Positions 18,533 through 27,719 of a stretch of 32,000 bases of DNA are shown here, one piece after another. The stretch's first letter is position 1, and each line of letters opens with the position of its first letter. The notes under the pieces were generated by a model that was not told the DNA's origin, ran no database searches, and saw nothing but the letters and a program-made list of their open reading frames with translations. Origin of the DNA: Bifidobacterium longum subsp. longum JCM 1217 (GTDB taxonomy: Bacteria > Actinomycetota > Actinomycetes > Actinomycetales > Bifidobacteriaceae); contig NC_015067.1 in the NCBI RefSeq assembly GCF_000196555.1, forward strand, positions 2,280,001-2,312,000. The letters run 5' to 3'. Made by a program: the position numbers and the translations under genes.

Positions 18533-18581
18533 AAAAACCCCGGGTATAAGCCTTGATTTTCAATGCTTATACCTGGGGTTT
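18533..18581 (-). terminator. Rho-independent terminator downstream of the GH13 gene at 18668..20491.
   Basis: AACCCCGGGTATAAGC pairs with GCTTATACCTGGGGTT (16-bp stem, one G-U pair). A run of five U (TTTTT) follows on the minus strand, from the AAAAA at 18533..18537. Confidence 0.8.
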
Positions 18582-18667
18582 CGACGTTACGGTACCTCTC
18601 TCAAGACAGATAGCATTTCGGGATAGCCCCGAAGTACCTCTTTGAGCGGAGAAAGGCACTCAATGCA

Positions 18668-20491
18668 CTACAACTGGATGACGGCTGCCTCCCACGGGTC
18701 GAGCTCGCGGTTGGCAAGGGAGGCCACGGTGTGCGGAGCGTCATACGTGCTGATCACCACATTCGGCTCGGCGATTCCGACGGCGGCTAGTTCGGCAGCC
18801 TCACGTGGCAGGTCAACGGTTCGACTGGACATATTGACTACGACCAACAACTTCTCAGCGTCGAGCTCACGGGTAAAGGCATAGACGTGCGGATCAGCGG
18901 CGTCAATCAGTCGCCAGTCGCCGGCGGCCACGACCGGGCTGTTGTGACGCAGCGCAACGAGTTGCTTGTAGAAGGAGTACACCGAATCCGGATCATCGAA
19001 TTCACCGGCGGCGTTGATCTCGGCATGATTCGGATTCACGGAAATCCATGGCTCAGTGGCGGCGTCCGGAGCGGTGAAACCGGCGTAGCCGGAACCGTCC
19101 CATTGCATCGGAGTACGCGCGTTGTCACGGCTGCGCGCGGCCAGACCGGCCATCATTGACTCAGACGACTGCACCTTGGCCTCCTCGACCCTCTGCCGGT
19201 AGGCATTCAAGGATTCAAGGTCACGGTACTGGTCGAGACGCGTGAAGTGGGCGTCGGTCATGCCCAGTTCCTCACCCTGATAGATGTACGGGGTGCCGCG
19301 GTGCATGTGCAGCATCAGGCCAAGTGCCTTGGCCGAACGGACGCGGGATTCCTCCGCGGAGTCGTCGCCCCAGCGGGAGACCACGCGCGGCTGATCATGA
19401 TTGCCGGTGAACAAGCTGGCCCATCCTGCGTTCTGCACGGCAGTCTGGTAACCGGCCATAATGCTCTTGAATTTCGGCAGGTCAAGCGGCAGCGGCTTCC
19501 ACTTGGTACCTTCGCAATCAAAATCAACATGCTCGAACAGGAAGAGCATGTCCAATTCACCGTTGCCCGGATCAGTGATGTGCTCGTTACGCTGAGCCGT
19601 GACGCCTGGCGCCTCGCCCACAGTCAGGAAGCCTTCACGCCCCTCGAATACCTCACGTCGCATTTCAGCCAGGAATTCATCCTGACGGGGGCCGTCCGCA
19701 CAGAACGGATTCGGGTTGGAATAGCCCTCCTCGCCCACAGGAAGATCCTCAAGCTCCGAGCCGTACTCGCCCGGCAGCTTGCCGTTCGAATCGGTGCGCT
19801 TGGAGATCAGGGTGATGACGTCCATGCGGAAGCCGTCGACGCCTCGGTCAAGCCACCAGTTCATCATGTCGTACACAGCGCGGCGCACGGCAGGGTTCTC
19901 CCAGTTGAGGTCCGGCTGCTTCTTCGAGAACTGATGCAGGAAGTATTCGCCACGCTCGGGGCAGTATTCCCATGCGGAGCCGCCAAAGTAGGAGCCCCAC
20001 TGATTGGGCTCGGCGCCGGGCTCGCCGGGCGTGGTGCCGGGACGAGCCGGACGCCACCAATACCAGTCGGCGTGTTCGTCGTCTTTGTTCTTGGATGCTT
20101 CAAACCAGGCGTGTTCATCGGAAGTGTGATTGACAACAAGATCCATCACGATCTTGAGCCCACGCTTGTGGGCCTCGGCCAGCAGCTCGTCCATATCGTC
20201 GAGCGTGCCGAACAGAGGATCAATGTCCTGATAGTCGGAAATGTCATAGCCGTTGTCGTCTTGCGGAGACTTATAGACCGGGGATAGCCACAGCACATCC
20301 ACGCCAAGATCAGCTAAGTAATCAAGACGCGACGTGATGCCCTTAAGATCGCCGAATCCATCGCCGTTCGTGTCTTGGAAAGAGCGCGGGTAAATCTGAT
20401 AGACCACCGCGTTGGACCACCACGGATTGGGGGTGGCGCCGTTGGTGCGGATGGCGTCGGGGATTATTGCGCGGTTGAAAGTAGTCATCAT
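18668..20491 (-). CDS. GH13 alpha-glucosidase / oligo-1,6-glucosidase type (607 aa).
   Basis: It has the N-terminal WWSNAVVYQIYPRSFQDTNGDGFGDLKG and the GH13 regions DLVVNHTSDEH, GVDGFRMDVI, VGEAPG and FTGNHDQPR. AGGAG lies only 3 nt before the first ATG, so the second ATG at 20488 may be the real start. Confidence 0.92.
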   Translation of the reverse strand: MMTTFNRAIIPDAIRTNGATPNPWWSNAVVYQIYPRSFQDTNGDGFGDLKGITSRLDYLADLGVDVLWLSPVYKSPQDDNGYDISDYQDIDPLFGTLDDMDELLAEAHKRGLKIVMDLVVNHTSDEHAWFEASKNKDDEHADWYWWRPARPGTTPGEPGAEPNQWGSYFGGSAWEYCPERGEYFLHQFSKKQPDLNWENPAVRRAVYDMMNWWLDRGVDGFRMDVITLISKRTDSNGKLPGEYGSELEDLPVGEEGYSNPNPFCADGPRQDEFLAEMRREVFEGREGFLTVGEAPGVTAQRNEHITDPGNGELDMLFLFEHVDFDCEGTKWKPLPLDLPKFKSIMAGYQTAVQNAGWASLFTGNHDQPRVVSRWGDDSAEESRVRSAKALGLMLHMHRGTPYIYQGEELGMTDAHFTRLDQYRDLESLNAYRQRVEEAKVQSSESMMAGLAARSRDNARTPMQWDGSGYAGFTAPDAATEPWISVNPNHAEINAAGEFDDPDSVYSFYKQLVALRHNSPVVAAGDWRLIDAADPHVYAFTRELDAEKLLVVVNMSSRTVDLPREAAELAAVGIAEPNVVISTYDAPHTVASLANRELDPWEAAVIQL

Positions 20492-20611
20492 TGGCTCCTT
20501 ATTGATATCTATATTGCTCGTTGCTCACAGTCTAAAAATTGGCGAATTACATTCCCATTGGAGAACTGCGTTGGTGTGCCGGAAAATAAATATCAATCGG
20601 CATATGCGCTT

Positions 20612-22474
20612 TCATGATTGCACCCGGAAAACACGCAGTCGGCCGTACTCGATCTCGCAAGTATGGGTTTCTCCCGGATTCATATCAATCGTCGCACCAT
20701 GGTCATCGATGATGCGGCAAGAGCGACCGCTAGCCGTAATAATGCCGATTTGTGGCTGCCGGCGCAATCCGACGAAAGCGATGACCTGTTCTGCGCCGAA
20801 TCTTGCTGTGACACCGAGCGCATAGTCCGTATGTTCGGGGTCATTGAGCAGTGACGCAATGACTGGTCGGGCCGGCTCATCAGGACGCGGTAATGTACCA
20901 TCTTCGGCAAGTAAATCACGCAAGACAGCCGCATCAGTGTGACCGCAGGCATCGGAACAATACACTGGTCCGCCGCTAAGCAATCGGAGCACGGCATGGA
21001 CTCGCGCATGGGGATGCTCCGTCCAGAACATGTCCCAATCACAGTGGTACAGCTCCCCCATCAGCAGTGCACAGTATGCGTTCTGGATAAGGTGTTCGCC
21101 CAGCGAATCAGGATTGTGCGGTAGATAGTCGTCGCTACTACGGGTGATTGGCGATGAAGGACGATGCCAATAATCCTCCGGTGCCATGCCCATGCAGTTA
21201 ATCAATGCGCCGCCGAATCGTCGTGAGGTCACTTCATCAAGCGCCTGATGGCGTCCCCAGGTGGCTTCACCGTAACTTTCGGTGCCACGAACCATTACTG
21301 ACGTGGAACTTTGCGAATCCACTTTGACGAAATCGACGCCGGCTTCGGCGAGTTCGCCGTCCCAGGCATCCCAGAACTGTGCGGGTTGTTCAGCACGACT
21401 TCCAGGAATCAGGCAACCATTCGCCGTGGTGGTTATTGCGGTCGGGCAGCTGGCCGCGGCTACACCCGATTCGTCCAAACCATTCCAATAGCCTTGGAAC
21501 GCCTGCCACACGCCTACGCTGCGCACGCCATAGTGCGTTTTGAGCAGCGCAATGGTGTGGGCAAGCCCGTGGGGGAAACGTTGGCGATCCGCGCCAAAGT
21601 CGATCAGGGTTTCCTTTGTGCGATCCGTGTTGGACCAACCGTCATCGATAAGCACCCAGGAAATGGGCACATGCTTGGCTTGGAACTCCTCCATCTTGTT
21701 GACGATAGCCTGCTCGTTGACATCTCGCCCCAATGAATCCCAAGTACACCATCCCAACCCGGTGAGCGCATCCGGGAATGGACGCTCCTTACGGGTGCGA
21801 ATACCCAGCTGGCGTGCTGCCGTTTGTGTGGCAGCTCGAATGGCCATATACGGGTCGGATGCGCAAGCGATATATGCGGCAGTGTCACATAGAGTCGTGC
21901 GACCAACCCGGTTGGAAGACAGCACGAGCCGCAAAGCCGTGTCATCAGATTCTGTTGCGGGCTGCCCACTGAAATCAGCCCGAATATCCGTGCCGCAGAT
22001 AGCGACCAACACTAGCCACTCGGCATCTTCGGCATCGTTGTTGCGGCGTAACAATAACTGCGTGCGTTCAGGCAGTTCAGATGGTGTACGCACCCAGGTC
22101 GGGCGCATCCACCACTCCTTGTGCTGGTATAGCGCCAGCATGGTGTCATCGTTGCCGCTGTCGACGCCGGCCATGGTGAGCGACACGTCAATCGCATGGT
22201 GGGGCTCAAACGCTTGTTGTTCCTGAAAGGCAGCGGCGCGGTCCTTGGGCTGGGGTGCATGCGCGTTCACATCGATACGCCAGAGTCGCACCTGAGCATC
22301 ACCCTGGATACCCGCACTGGACGTGCACTCGTCTTCGCATGATTCGGGAACGATTGTGACGGCTTCTACCGGCAGTTCACAGATTGCCGAAGCCTGTTCG
22401 CCATAGACGGCACGACCGGTATCAAGATGGGCCGTTACCGTGCGAACGGTTATTGGACAGGTTTCGGCAATCAT
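20612..22474 (-). CDS. GH36-clan glycosidase of the Sip1 (seed imbibition) / raffinose-synthase type, putative alpha-galactosidase (620 aa).
   Basis: It has the motifs GWCTWDS, VLIDDGW, DFVKVDSQ and HCDWDMFW, which are characteristic of that family. The start is moved to MIAETCPITV (ATG 22474), 8 nt after AAGGAG. The track ORF start overlaps the upstream gene. Confidence 0.8.
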   Translation of the reverse strand: MIAETCPITVRTVTAHLDTGRAVYGEQASAICELPVEAVTIVPESCEDECTSSAGIQGDAQVRLWRIDVNAHAPQPKDRAAAFQEQQAFEPHHAIDVSLTMAGVDSGNDDTMLALYQHKEWWMRPTWVRTPSELPERTQLLLRRNNDAEDAEWLVLVAICGTDIRADFSGQPATESDDTALRLVLSSNRVGRTTLCDTAAYIACASDPYMAIRAATQTAARQLGIRTRKERPFPDALTGLGWCTWDSLGRDVNEQAIVNKMEEFQAKHVPISWVLIDDGWSNTDRTKETLIDFGADRQRFPHGLAHTIALLKTHYGVRSVGVWQAFQGYWNGLDESGVAAASCPTAITTTANGCLIPGSRAEQPAQFWDAWDGELAEAGVDFVKVDSQSSTSVMVRGTESYGEATWGRHQALDEVTSRRFGGALINCMGMAPEDYWHRPSSPITRSSDDYLPHNPDSLGEHLIQNAYCALLMGELYHCDWDMFWTEHPHARVHAVLRLLSGGPVYCSDACGHTDAAVLRDLLAEDGTLPRPDEPARPVIASLLNDPEHTDYALGVTARFGAEQVIAFVGLRRQPQIGIITASGRSCRIIDDHGATIDMNPGETHTCEIEYGRLRVFRVQS

Positions 22475-22505
22475 TGGCGTAACTCCTTGGTGTTCTTCAA
22501 TGAGA

Positions 22506-24176
22506 TTATGCTGGCAAGGCCCAGACGGTAGCAGCTGGAGGAACGCTCTCGACCTGAGTGTTCGCCTGCACAGTCGCGTCAGACACAAGTAGCACGGTCA
22601 TCGGCTGCGGCAAGGCGACTGGTTGACTGTCAGAGAAGTTCGCCATCACAACCATGCCGGACGGCAAGCGCCAACCAAGCAGCGGCGCCGGACACTCTTC
22701 GTTGGTAAGCCACGAGAACTGGAAGTCCGTGCCGTTGGCCACCCACTGTTTGCGCAATGCGACAGCAGCACAATACAGGTGCAGGACGGAAGCCCCGTCA
22801 CCAATCTGACGATTAGTGGCATACTGCGCAAACCATGCCGGCTGGGGCAGCCACGAAGCACCGGTGGCATTGAAGCCGAACGCCGGGCCGTCTGACTGCC
22901 ACGGCAGCGGTACGCGGCAACCGTCGCGCCCCTTGAAATAATGACCGGAACGTTCCCAATTGGGATCCTGAATTTCATCTTCGGTCAAATCAAAGTCCTC
23001 CGGCAAACCAAGCTCTTCACCCTGATACACAAAGGCGGTACCTGGCAGGCCGAGCATCACCAGCGCTGCTGCACGGGCACGACGAGCGGCGAGCGCGGGG
23101 TCAATCGGCGGATTCGTGCCGTTGGACGTCACCCACTGCTCGATGTTTGCACCGCTCGGCAGTCCGAGACGCGAGGCGATACGTGGCACATCGTGGTTGC
23201 CGAGCACCCAGGTGGGGGCGGTTTCGGCAGCGAGAGCATAGCGATGCGTGCGCTCAATCGTGGTGCGGTATTCTTCGCGATTCCAGGCGGCCTTTGACAT
23301 GGAGAAGTCGAATACGGCACCAAGTTCATCAGGCTTGGCGTATTGGAAAATACGGGTGGTGAATGGCGACCACGATTCGCCGACCGCATACTTGGCTGGC
23401 GTGTACTGATTGAACAGGTCGCGCCATTCACGGTAGATATCATGCACGGCGTCGCGGTCCCAGAGCGGATCGGAGCCATCGGTAGCCTGTGGAGACATCA
23501 GTGTCGGGTCGATACGGTCGCGCAGCGGCTCACGCAGGTCTTTGGCCAGACCGTGCGAGACATCGATGCGGAAACCGTCCACACCGCGATCGCACCAGAA
23601 TGTGAGTACACGCAGGAACTCATGCCGCACCTCGGGATTGTCCCAATTGAGGTCCGGCTGCTCCTTGGCGAACAGATGCAGGTAGTACCAGCCGTCTCCA
23701 CACGACTCCCATGCGGAACCGCCGAAGTTACTCAGCCAGTTGGTAGGCGGCAATTCGCCGTGCTCCCCCTTGCCCTGCCGGAACACATACCGTTGTGCCG
23801 CTTCCGATTCCGGACCTTGAGCCAGGGCCTCTTGGAACCAACGGTGCTGATCGGACGTGTGGTTCGGCACGATGTCCACGATGATGCCGATACCGCGTTC
23901 GTGCGCTTTGGCCACTAATTCGTCGAACTGATCGAGTGTGCCAAGGCGGGGATCCACATCACAATAGTCGGCAACATCATAACCTCCATCCGCCAGCGGC
24001 GATGGATAGAATGGAGAAAGCCAGAGCGCGTCCACCCCGAGCGCCTGCAGATAGTCGAGACGATCGATCACGCCTTGGAGATCACCGTTGCCGTCTCCAT
24101 TGGCATCGCTGAATGAGCGGGGGTAAATCTGGTAGATGACGGCGTCGCGCCACCAGTCATTGTTGGTGAAAGTCAT
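22506..24176 (-). CDS. GH13 alpha-glucosidase / oligo-1,6-glucosidase type (556 aa), paralogue of 18668..20491.
   Basis: It has WWRDAVIYQIYPRSFSDANGDGNGDLQG and the GH13 regions DIVPNHTSDQH, GVDGFRIDVSHG, VGESW and LGNHDVPR. Confidence 0.92.
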   Translation of the reverse strand: MTFTNNDWWRDAVIYQIYPRSFSDANGDGNGDLQGVIDRLDYLQALGVDALWLSPFYPSPLADGGYDVADYCDVDPRLGTLDQFDELVAKAHERGIGIIVDIVPNHTSDQHRWFQEALAQGPESEAAQRYVFRQGKGEHGELPPTNWLSNFGGSAWESCGDGWYYLHLFAKEQPDLNWDNPEVRHEFLRVLTFWCDRGVDGFRIDVSHGLAKDLREPLRDRIDPTLMSPQATDGSDPLWDRDAVHDIYREWRDLFNQYTPAKYAVGESWSPFTTRIFQYAKPDELGAVFDFSMSKAAWNREEYRTTIERTHRYALAAETAPTWVLGNHDVPRIASRLGLPSGANIEQWVTSNGTNPPIDPALAARRARAAALVMLGLPGTAFVYQGEELGLPEDFDLTEDEIQDPNWERSGHYFKGRDGCRVPLPWQSDGPAFGFNATGASWLPQPAWFAQYATNRQIGDGASVLHLYCAAVALRKQWVANGTDFQFSWLTNEECPAPLLGWRLPSGMVVMANFSDSQPVALPQPMTVLLVSDATVQANTQVESVPPAATVWALPA

Positions 24177-24276
24177 ATCGTTCCCCTGTCCGATTGCTCG
24201 GTACGTATGGTTTTACCAGTATGGCCGCACGAAACACTGTTCCGGCGGCCATACCCTACATCCTCTTGCCTTCGGA

Positions 24277-25101
24277 TCAGCCCTTAACCGAGCCGGCAAG
24301 CATGGCGCGGATGAAGTAGCGCTGGAGGAAGATGAACAGGATCATCGTCGGTGCCATGATGAGCAGTGCGCCCGCGTTGAGCAGCACCACGTCGGTCTGA
24401 TACTGGCCAACGAACGACTGTAGGGCACCTGCCATCGTGCGCTTGTTCGGGTCGTTCTCCAACACCACAGCCAACAGGAACTGGTTCCAGGTGGCCAGGA
24501 AGGTCAGAATACCGAGCGAGGAGATGGCTGGCAGTGCCAACGGCAGCTGAATGGAACGGAACGTGCGCAGATGGCCTGCACCATCGATGGATGCGGCTTC
24601 GATCAGATCACGCGGCATCTGCTCGAAGCAGGAGCGCATCCACACAATACCGAACGGAATATTCAGGCCGATGAGCGGCAGGATCAGGGCAAGACGGGTA
24701 TTCAGCAAGCCCATGCCACTGATCTCGTAGTACAGCGGAGTGACCAAGGTTTCGAACGGAATGGTCAGACCGACGAGGAACAGCACGTAGATCAGGCCCT
24801 TGCACGGCACCTTGAGCTGAGCGAAGGCATAACCGCCGAGCGAGCAGAAGATCACCACGCAGGGCACGACCACGATCACCAGAATGCAGCTGTTGAGCAG
24901 CAGCGGGGTGATGTTTGCCATGTTCCAGGCGTCGATGAAGTTCTCCCAGTGCGGGTGGGCAGTGAACTGGATACCTTCGGGCATGGAACCTTGCGGCTGC
25001 AATGCCGCGGAGAGCATGCTCAGGAACGGCAGTACGCAGAAGAGGACGGTCAGAGCGAGCATCGCCGTGCCGGTGATGCGAACGGCTTTGGATTGCTGCA
25101 T
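24277..25101 (-). CDS. Carbohydrate ABC transporter permease, MalG-like (274 aa).
   Basis: It is multi-pass hydrophobic with the EAA loop EAASIDGAGHLRTFRSIQLPLALP. The start at MQQSKAVRITG (ATG 25101) lies 2 nt after the stop of the upstream permease gene, which suggests translational coupling. Confidence 0.88.
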   Translation of the reverse strand: MQQSKAVRITGTAMLALTVLFCVLPFLSMLSAALQPQGSMPEGIQFTAHPHWENFIDAWNMANITPLLLNSCILVIVVVPCVVIFCSLGGYAFAQLKVPCKGLIYVLFLVGLTIPFETLVTPLYYEISGMGLLNTRLALILPLIGLNIPFGIVWMRSCFEQMPRDLIEAASIDGAGHLRTFRSIQLPLALPAISSLGILTFLATWNQFLLAVVLENDPNKRTMAGALQSFVGQYQTDVVLLNAGALLIMAPTMILFIFLQRYFIRAMLAGSVKG

Positions 25102-25103
25102 GG

Positions 25104-26015
25104 TCACTGCTCCTTTCCGTTGACCAGACGCTGCAGAGGTCCGACGACCAGCAGCACGAGAATCATCAGGGTGACGGCGAGTGCGGAGGCCAAGCCAACG
25201 CTCTGCTGGGTGAAGGCCAAGCGGTAGACCTGCACGCCGGGCACCATGGTGGAGGTGCCGGGGCCGCCCTGAGTGGACATGTACACCACGTCGAAGCTGG
25301 CGAGCGCGGAGATGATGGTCATGGTCAGGCATACGCCGATTTGGCCGCGCAGACCGGGCAACGTGATGGAGAAGAGCTGACGCCACCAGCCGGCACCGTC
25401 AAGACTTGCTGCCTCGTACAGGGACTGGTCGATGCCGCCGATGCCCGAGAGCAAGAGCACCACACAGAAGCCGAGCTGCAGCCAGAAACCAATCACGCCT
25501 ACCGCGTTCAGGGAGGTGGATTGGTCGCCGAGCCACACGTGGGCGAAGTCGCCGAGGCCTACTGCGCGCAGCAGCTGATTGGCGGTGCCCTTGTCGGCCA
25601 GCATCCAGGTCCAGGCCACACCGGCTGCAGCGCCTGGGATAACGCGCGGCAGGAACAGGCAAACCTGCGCGAAGGAACGACCGACCTTGGACTTCATGTC
25701 TTTGATGAGCACGGCAATGATCAGGCCGAGCACAATCGGGATGATGGAGAAGAAGATGATCAGGTAGAAGGAGTGCAGAATCGATCCGTACAGATCGGGG
25801 TCGGTGAACACGGTGATGTAGTTTTCGACACCGATGAAGGTGCTAGCATCGATACCGTTCCACTCGTAGAACGAGTACCAGATGGTCTGAATGATCGGCC
25901 ACAACTCGAAGGCGATGTAGAACACAAGCGCCGGAGCGAGGAAAAGCAGGCTGACCAGACCGAGGGACATATTGCGCTTGGGCTTGACCGCCTTGGCTGC
26001 CTTATGGGAATCCAT
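25104..26015 (-). CDS. Carbohydrate ABC transporter permease, MalF-like (303 aa).
   Basis: It has the EAA loop EAASLDGAGWWRQLFSITLPGL. The start is chosen at MDSHKAAKAVKPKRNMSLG (ATG 26015). ATG 26063 is an alternative start. Confidence 0.85.
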   Translation of the reverse strand: MDSHKAAKAVKPKRNMSLGLVSLLFLAPALVFYIAFELWPIIQTIWYSFYEWNGIDASTFIGVENYITVFTDPDLYGSILHSFYLIIFFSIIPIVLGLIIAVLIKDMKSKVGRSFAQVCLFLPRVIPGAAAGVAWTWMLADKGTANQLLRAVGLGDFAHVWLGDQSTSLNAVGVIGFWLQLGFCVVLLLSGIGGIDQSLYEAASLDGAGWWRQLFSITLPGLRGQIGVCLTMTIISALASFDVVYMSTQGGPGTSTMVPGVQVYRLAFTQQSVGLASALAVTLMILVLLVVGPLQRLVNGKEQ

Positions 26016-26147
26016 GATTGTCACCACGCTTTGCTGGTTTGGTGTGAACTGGGAATCGAACATCGCACACAACGTCGTGCGCGCGATGGGAAGGAACCAG
26101 GCGGAGCGGGAAAAAGGGAAGAACACTCCGCCCGGTAAGTGCAAGGG

Positions 26148-27473
26148 TTACTTGACCTCCTTCTCGTACTGAGCCTGAATGGATTCGACGAATGCCTTGG
26201 GGGTCATCGTGCCGTCAATCAGGGACTGGAAGCCGGGGATAATGGCGCTGGCCTGCATACCTGCGGTGGCGTTGTTGATGTAGTCGGTGGTGTTACCGGT
26301 CTTCACCAGACCTTCGTAGGCGGTAAGGACCTGGCCGAGAAGCTGGTTATCGGTGCTCGGAGTCTCGCCTTCGCCGACCGGCGGGTAGCCGTTGTCAACT
26401 GCGATCTGGCGGGCTTCGTCGGACTGGAGGAAGTCGAGGAAGGCGGCTGCAGCGTTCTTGTTCTTGGCGTTGGCCGGGATACCGAAAGCGGTCACGGCGT
26501 TGGCTGCGGCAGAACCGGAATCGGCCTTTTCGCCGGGGAAGGCGATCCAGCCGGCGTCATCGCCAAGTGCATCGTTGATGGAGGCGGAGTACCAGCTGCC
26601 GGAGGGGAAGAACAGGGCTTCGCCGTTGCAGAAGCGGCTCAGTGCAGTGGAACCGTCAAGGGCGAGCGCGTCGGAGGAGAAGTAACCGGCATCCTGCCAG
26701 TCCTTGATCTTCTGTGCAGCCTTCACGGCACCGTCGGTGTTGAAGGTGGCGCCATCCTTCTGGATAATCCAATCCTGCACGGTATCGCGACCCTCATAGT
26801 TGGTGAGCAATGCCTGGTAGATGTAGGAAGTGCCGCCTTCCTTGGCCGGCATCATCATGGCGAGCTTGCCAGCGTCGGAGGCCTTCTTCATATCGGCCTC
26901 GAGCTCTTCGACAGTGGCCGGAGCCTCGGTGATGCCGAGTTCCTTGGCGACTTTCTTGTTCCAGTACAGGCCGGTCATCGAGACACCGTCCGGCACTGCG
27001 TAGAGGCTGCCGGAACCGATCTTACCGTCGGAGCCCACGCGGTAGACCTGAGTCTGGGAATCCGGCAGCTTCCAACCGTAAGCATCGGCGTAAGCGTCAA
27101 GATTGACGACATGGTTGCCACGCACAGCGGAGTTGATGTCGGTGATACGGGCAATGTCCGGGGTGTCGGCGGCGGAGATGATGCGCGGGCCATTCTGCTG
27201 GGAGGTGTTGTCCGGATCGTAGGTGGCCTTGATGGTGATGTTCGGGTACTTCTTCTGGAAGGCTTCGATCAGCTGGTCATCAAAGGTCTTCAGGCCAGCG
27301 CCGTCCCACAGCTTGAGCTCATACTTGGTATCGCCAAGATCAGTGCTCACCGCTTCGGTTTCGGTGTTGGCTTTGTTGCTGGACGAGCCCGGGCCGCAAG
27401 CGGCGACGGATGCCAGGCATGCCACAGACATCAGACCGGCAATAACGGTTTTGGCGGTTCGTTCGATCCTCAT
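26148..27473 (-). CDS. Sugar ABC transporter solute-binding lipoprotein (441 aa), here called SBP1.
   Basis: It has a signal peptide with a lipobox (LASVAAC) and the features of a family-1 extracellular solute-binding protein. A GAAAGGA ribosome-binding site lies upstream. It is the first gene of the operon. Confidence 0.9.
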   Translation of the reverse strand: MRIERTAKTVIAGLMSVACLASVAACGPGSSSNKANTETEAVSTDLGDTKYELKLWDGAGLKTFDDQLIEAFQKKYPNITIKATYDPDNTSQQNGPRIISAADTPDIARITDINSAVRGNHVVNLDAYADAYGWKLPDSQTQVYRVGSDGKIGSGSLYAVPDGVSMTGLYWNKKVAKELGITEAPATVEELEADMKKASDAGKLAMMMPAKEGGTSYIYQALLTNYEGRDTVQDWIIQKDGATFNTDGAVKAAQKIKDWQDAGYFSSDALALDGSTALSRFCNGEALFFPSGSWYSASINDALGDDAGWIAFPGEKADSGSAAANAVTAFGIPANAKNKNAAAAFLDFLQSDEARQIAVDNGYPPVGEGETPSTDNQLLGQVLTAYEGLVKTGNTTDYINNATAGMQASAIIPGFQSLIDGTMTPKAFVESIQAQYEKEVK

Positions 27474-27530
27474 TGATCATTCCTTTCTTCCTTCCGGGCG
27501 ATCCCGGCTATGTCTTCCTTGGCTATCTCG

Positions 27531-27591
27531 GCTTAGCGTATTTGCTAAGCGCTTATGCATGAGGATAACAGATGTCGAACCGGTTCGTCAA
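27531..27591 (-). promoter_or_regulatory. Candidate promoter and LacI-type operator of the SBP1 operon.
   Basis: On the minus strand, TTGACG (27586..27591) is followed by a 17-18 nt spacer and TATCCT (27562..27567). The perfect palindrome TAAGCGCTTA (27546..27555) follows immediately. It overlaps the inverted repeat GCTTAGC-N6-GCTAAGC (27531..27550). Confidence 0.5.
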
Positions 27592-27633
27592 ATCCGCAAC
27601 ACGCAAACAAATGGCCGATTCCCGAAGAAATGA

Positions 27634-27668
27634 GGAAGGCTTGACGTTCCCCATAGGCAAGCACTTCC
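27634..27668 (-). terminator. Candidate terminator after the GH172-type gene.
   Basis: GGAAGGCTTG (27634..27643) pairs with CAAGCACTTCC (27658..27668), with one bulge and a 14-nt loop. TCATTTCTTC follows on the minus strand. Confidence 0.35.
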
Positions 27669-27704
27669 TTCTCGCGAAATTGCAACATCGGTCCCTTAAA
27701 TACC

Positions 27705-27714
27705 TAAGCGCTTA
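27705..27714. promoter_or_regulatory. Second copy of the TAAGCGCTTA palindrome.
   Basis: The 12-mer CTAAGCGCTTAT is shared with the site at 27545..27556. This copy lies 6 nt beyond the stop of the GH172-type gene and about 120 bp upstream of the SBP1 promoter. Confidence 0.4.
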
Positions 27715-27719
27715 TTCAT

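Noticed and set aside
18421-18534. Longer N-termini offered by the ORF track: ilvA to 18534, GH36 to 22588, permeases to 25386 and 26144, LacI from 30310, istB from 1772.
   Set aside because: The extensions overlap upstream genes or intergenic hairpins and lack family-conserved sequence. Internal starts sit behind ribosome-binding sites or coupled stop/start junctions and match typical family N-termini.
26139-27476. 445-aa plus-strand ORF exactly mirroring the SBP1 gene. Similar shadow ORFs occur at 19247..20287, 17149..17772, 23343..23918, 25341..26138 and 21540..22226.
   Set aside because: All are antisense shadows of well-supported genes. They have Gly/Val/Asp/Arg-biased sequence, no recognisable domains and no ribosome-binding sites.
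27522-27530. GCTATCTCG upstream of SBP1 matches the start of the 23-nt repeat at 18460.
   Set aside because: A 9-nt match is expected by chance at appreciable frequency in 32 kb on two strands. The rest of the 23-nt unit is not present.
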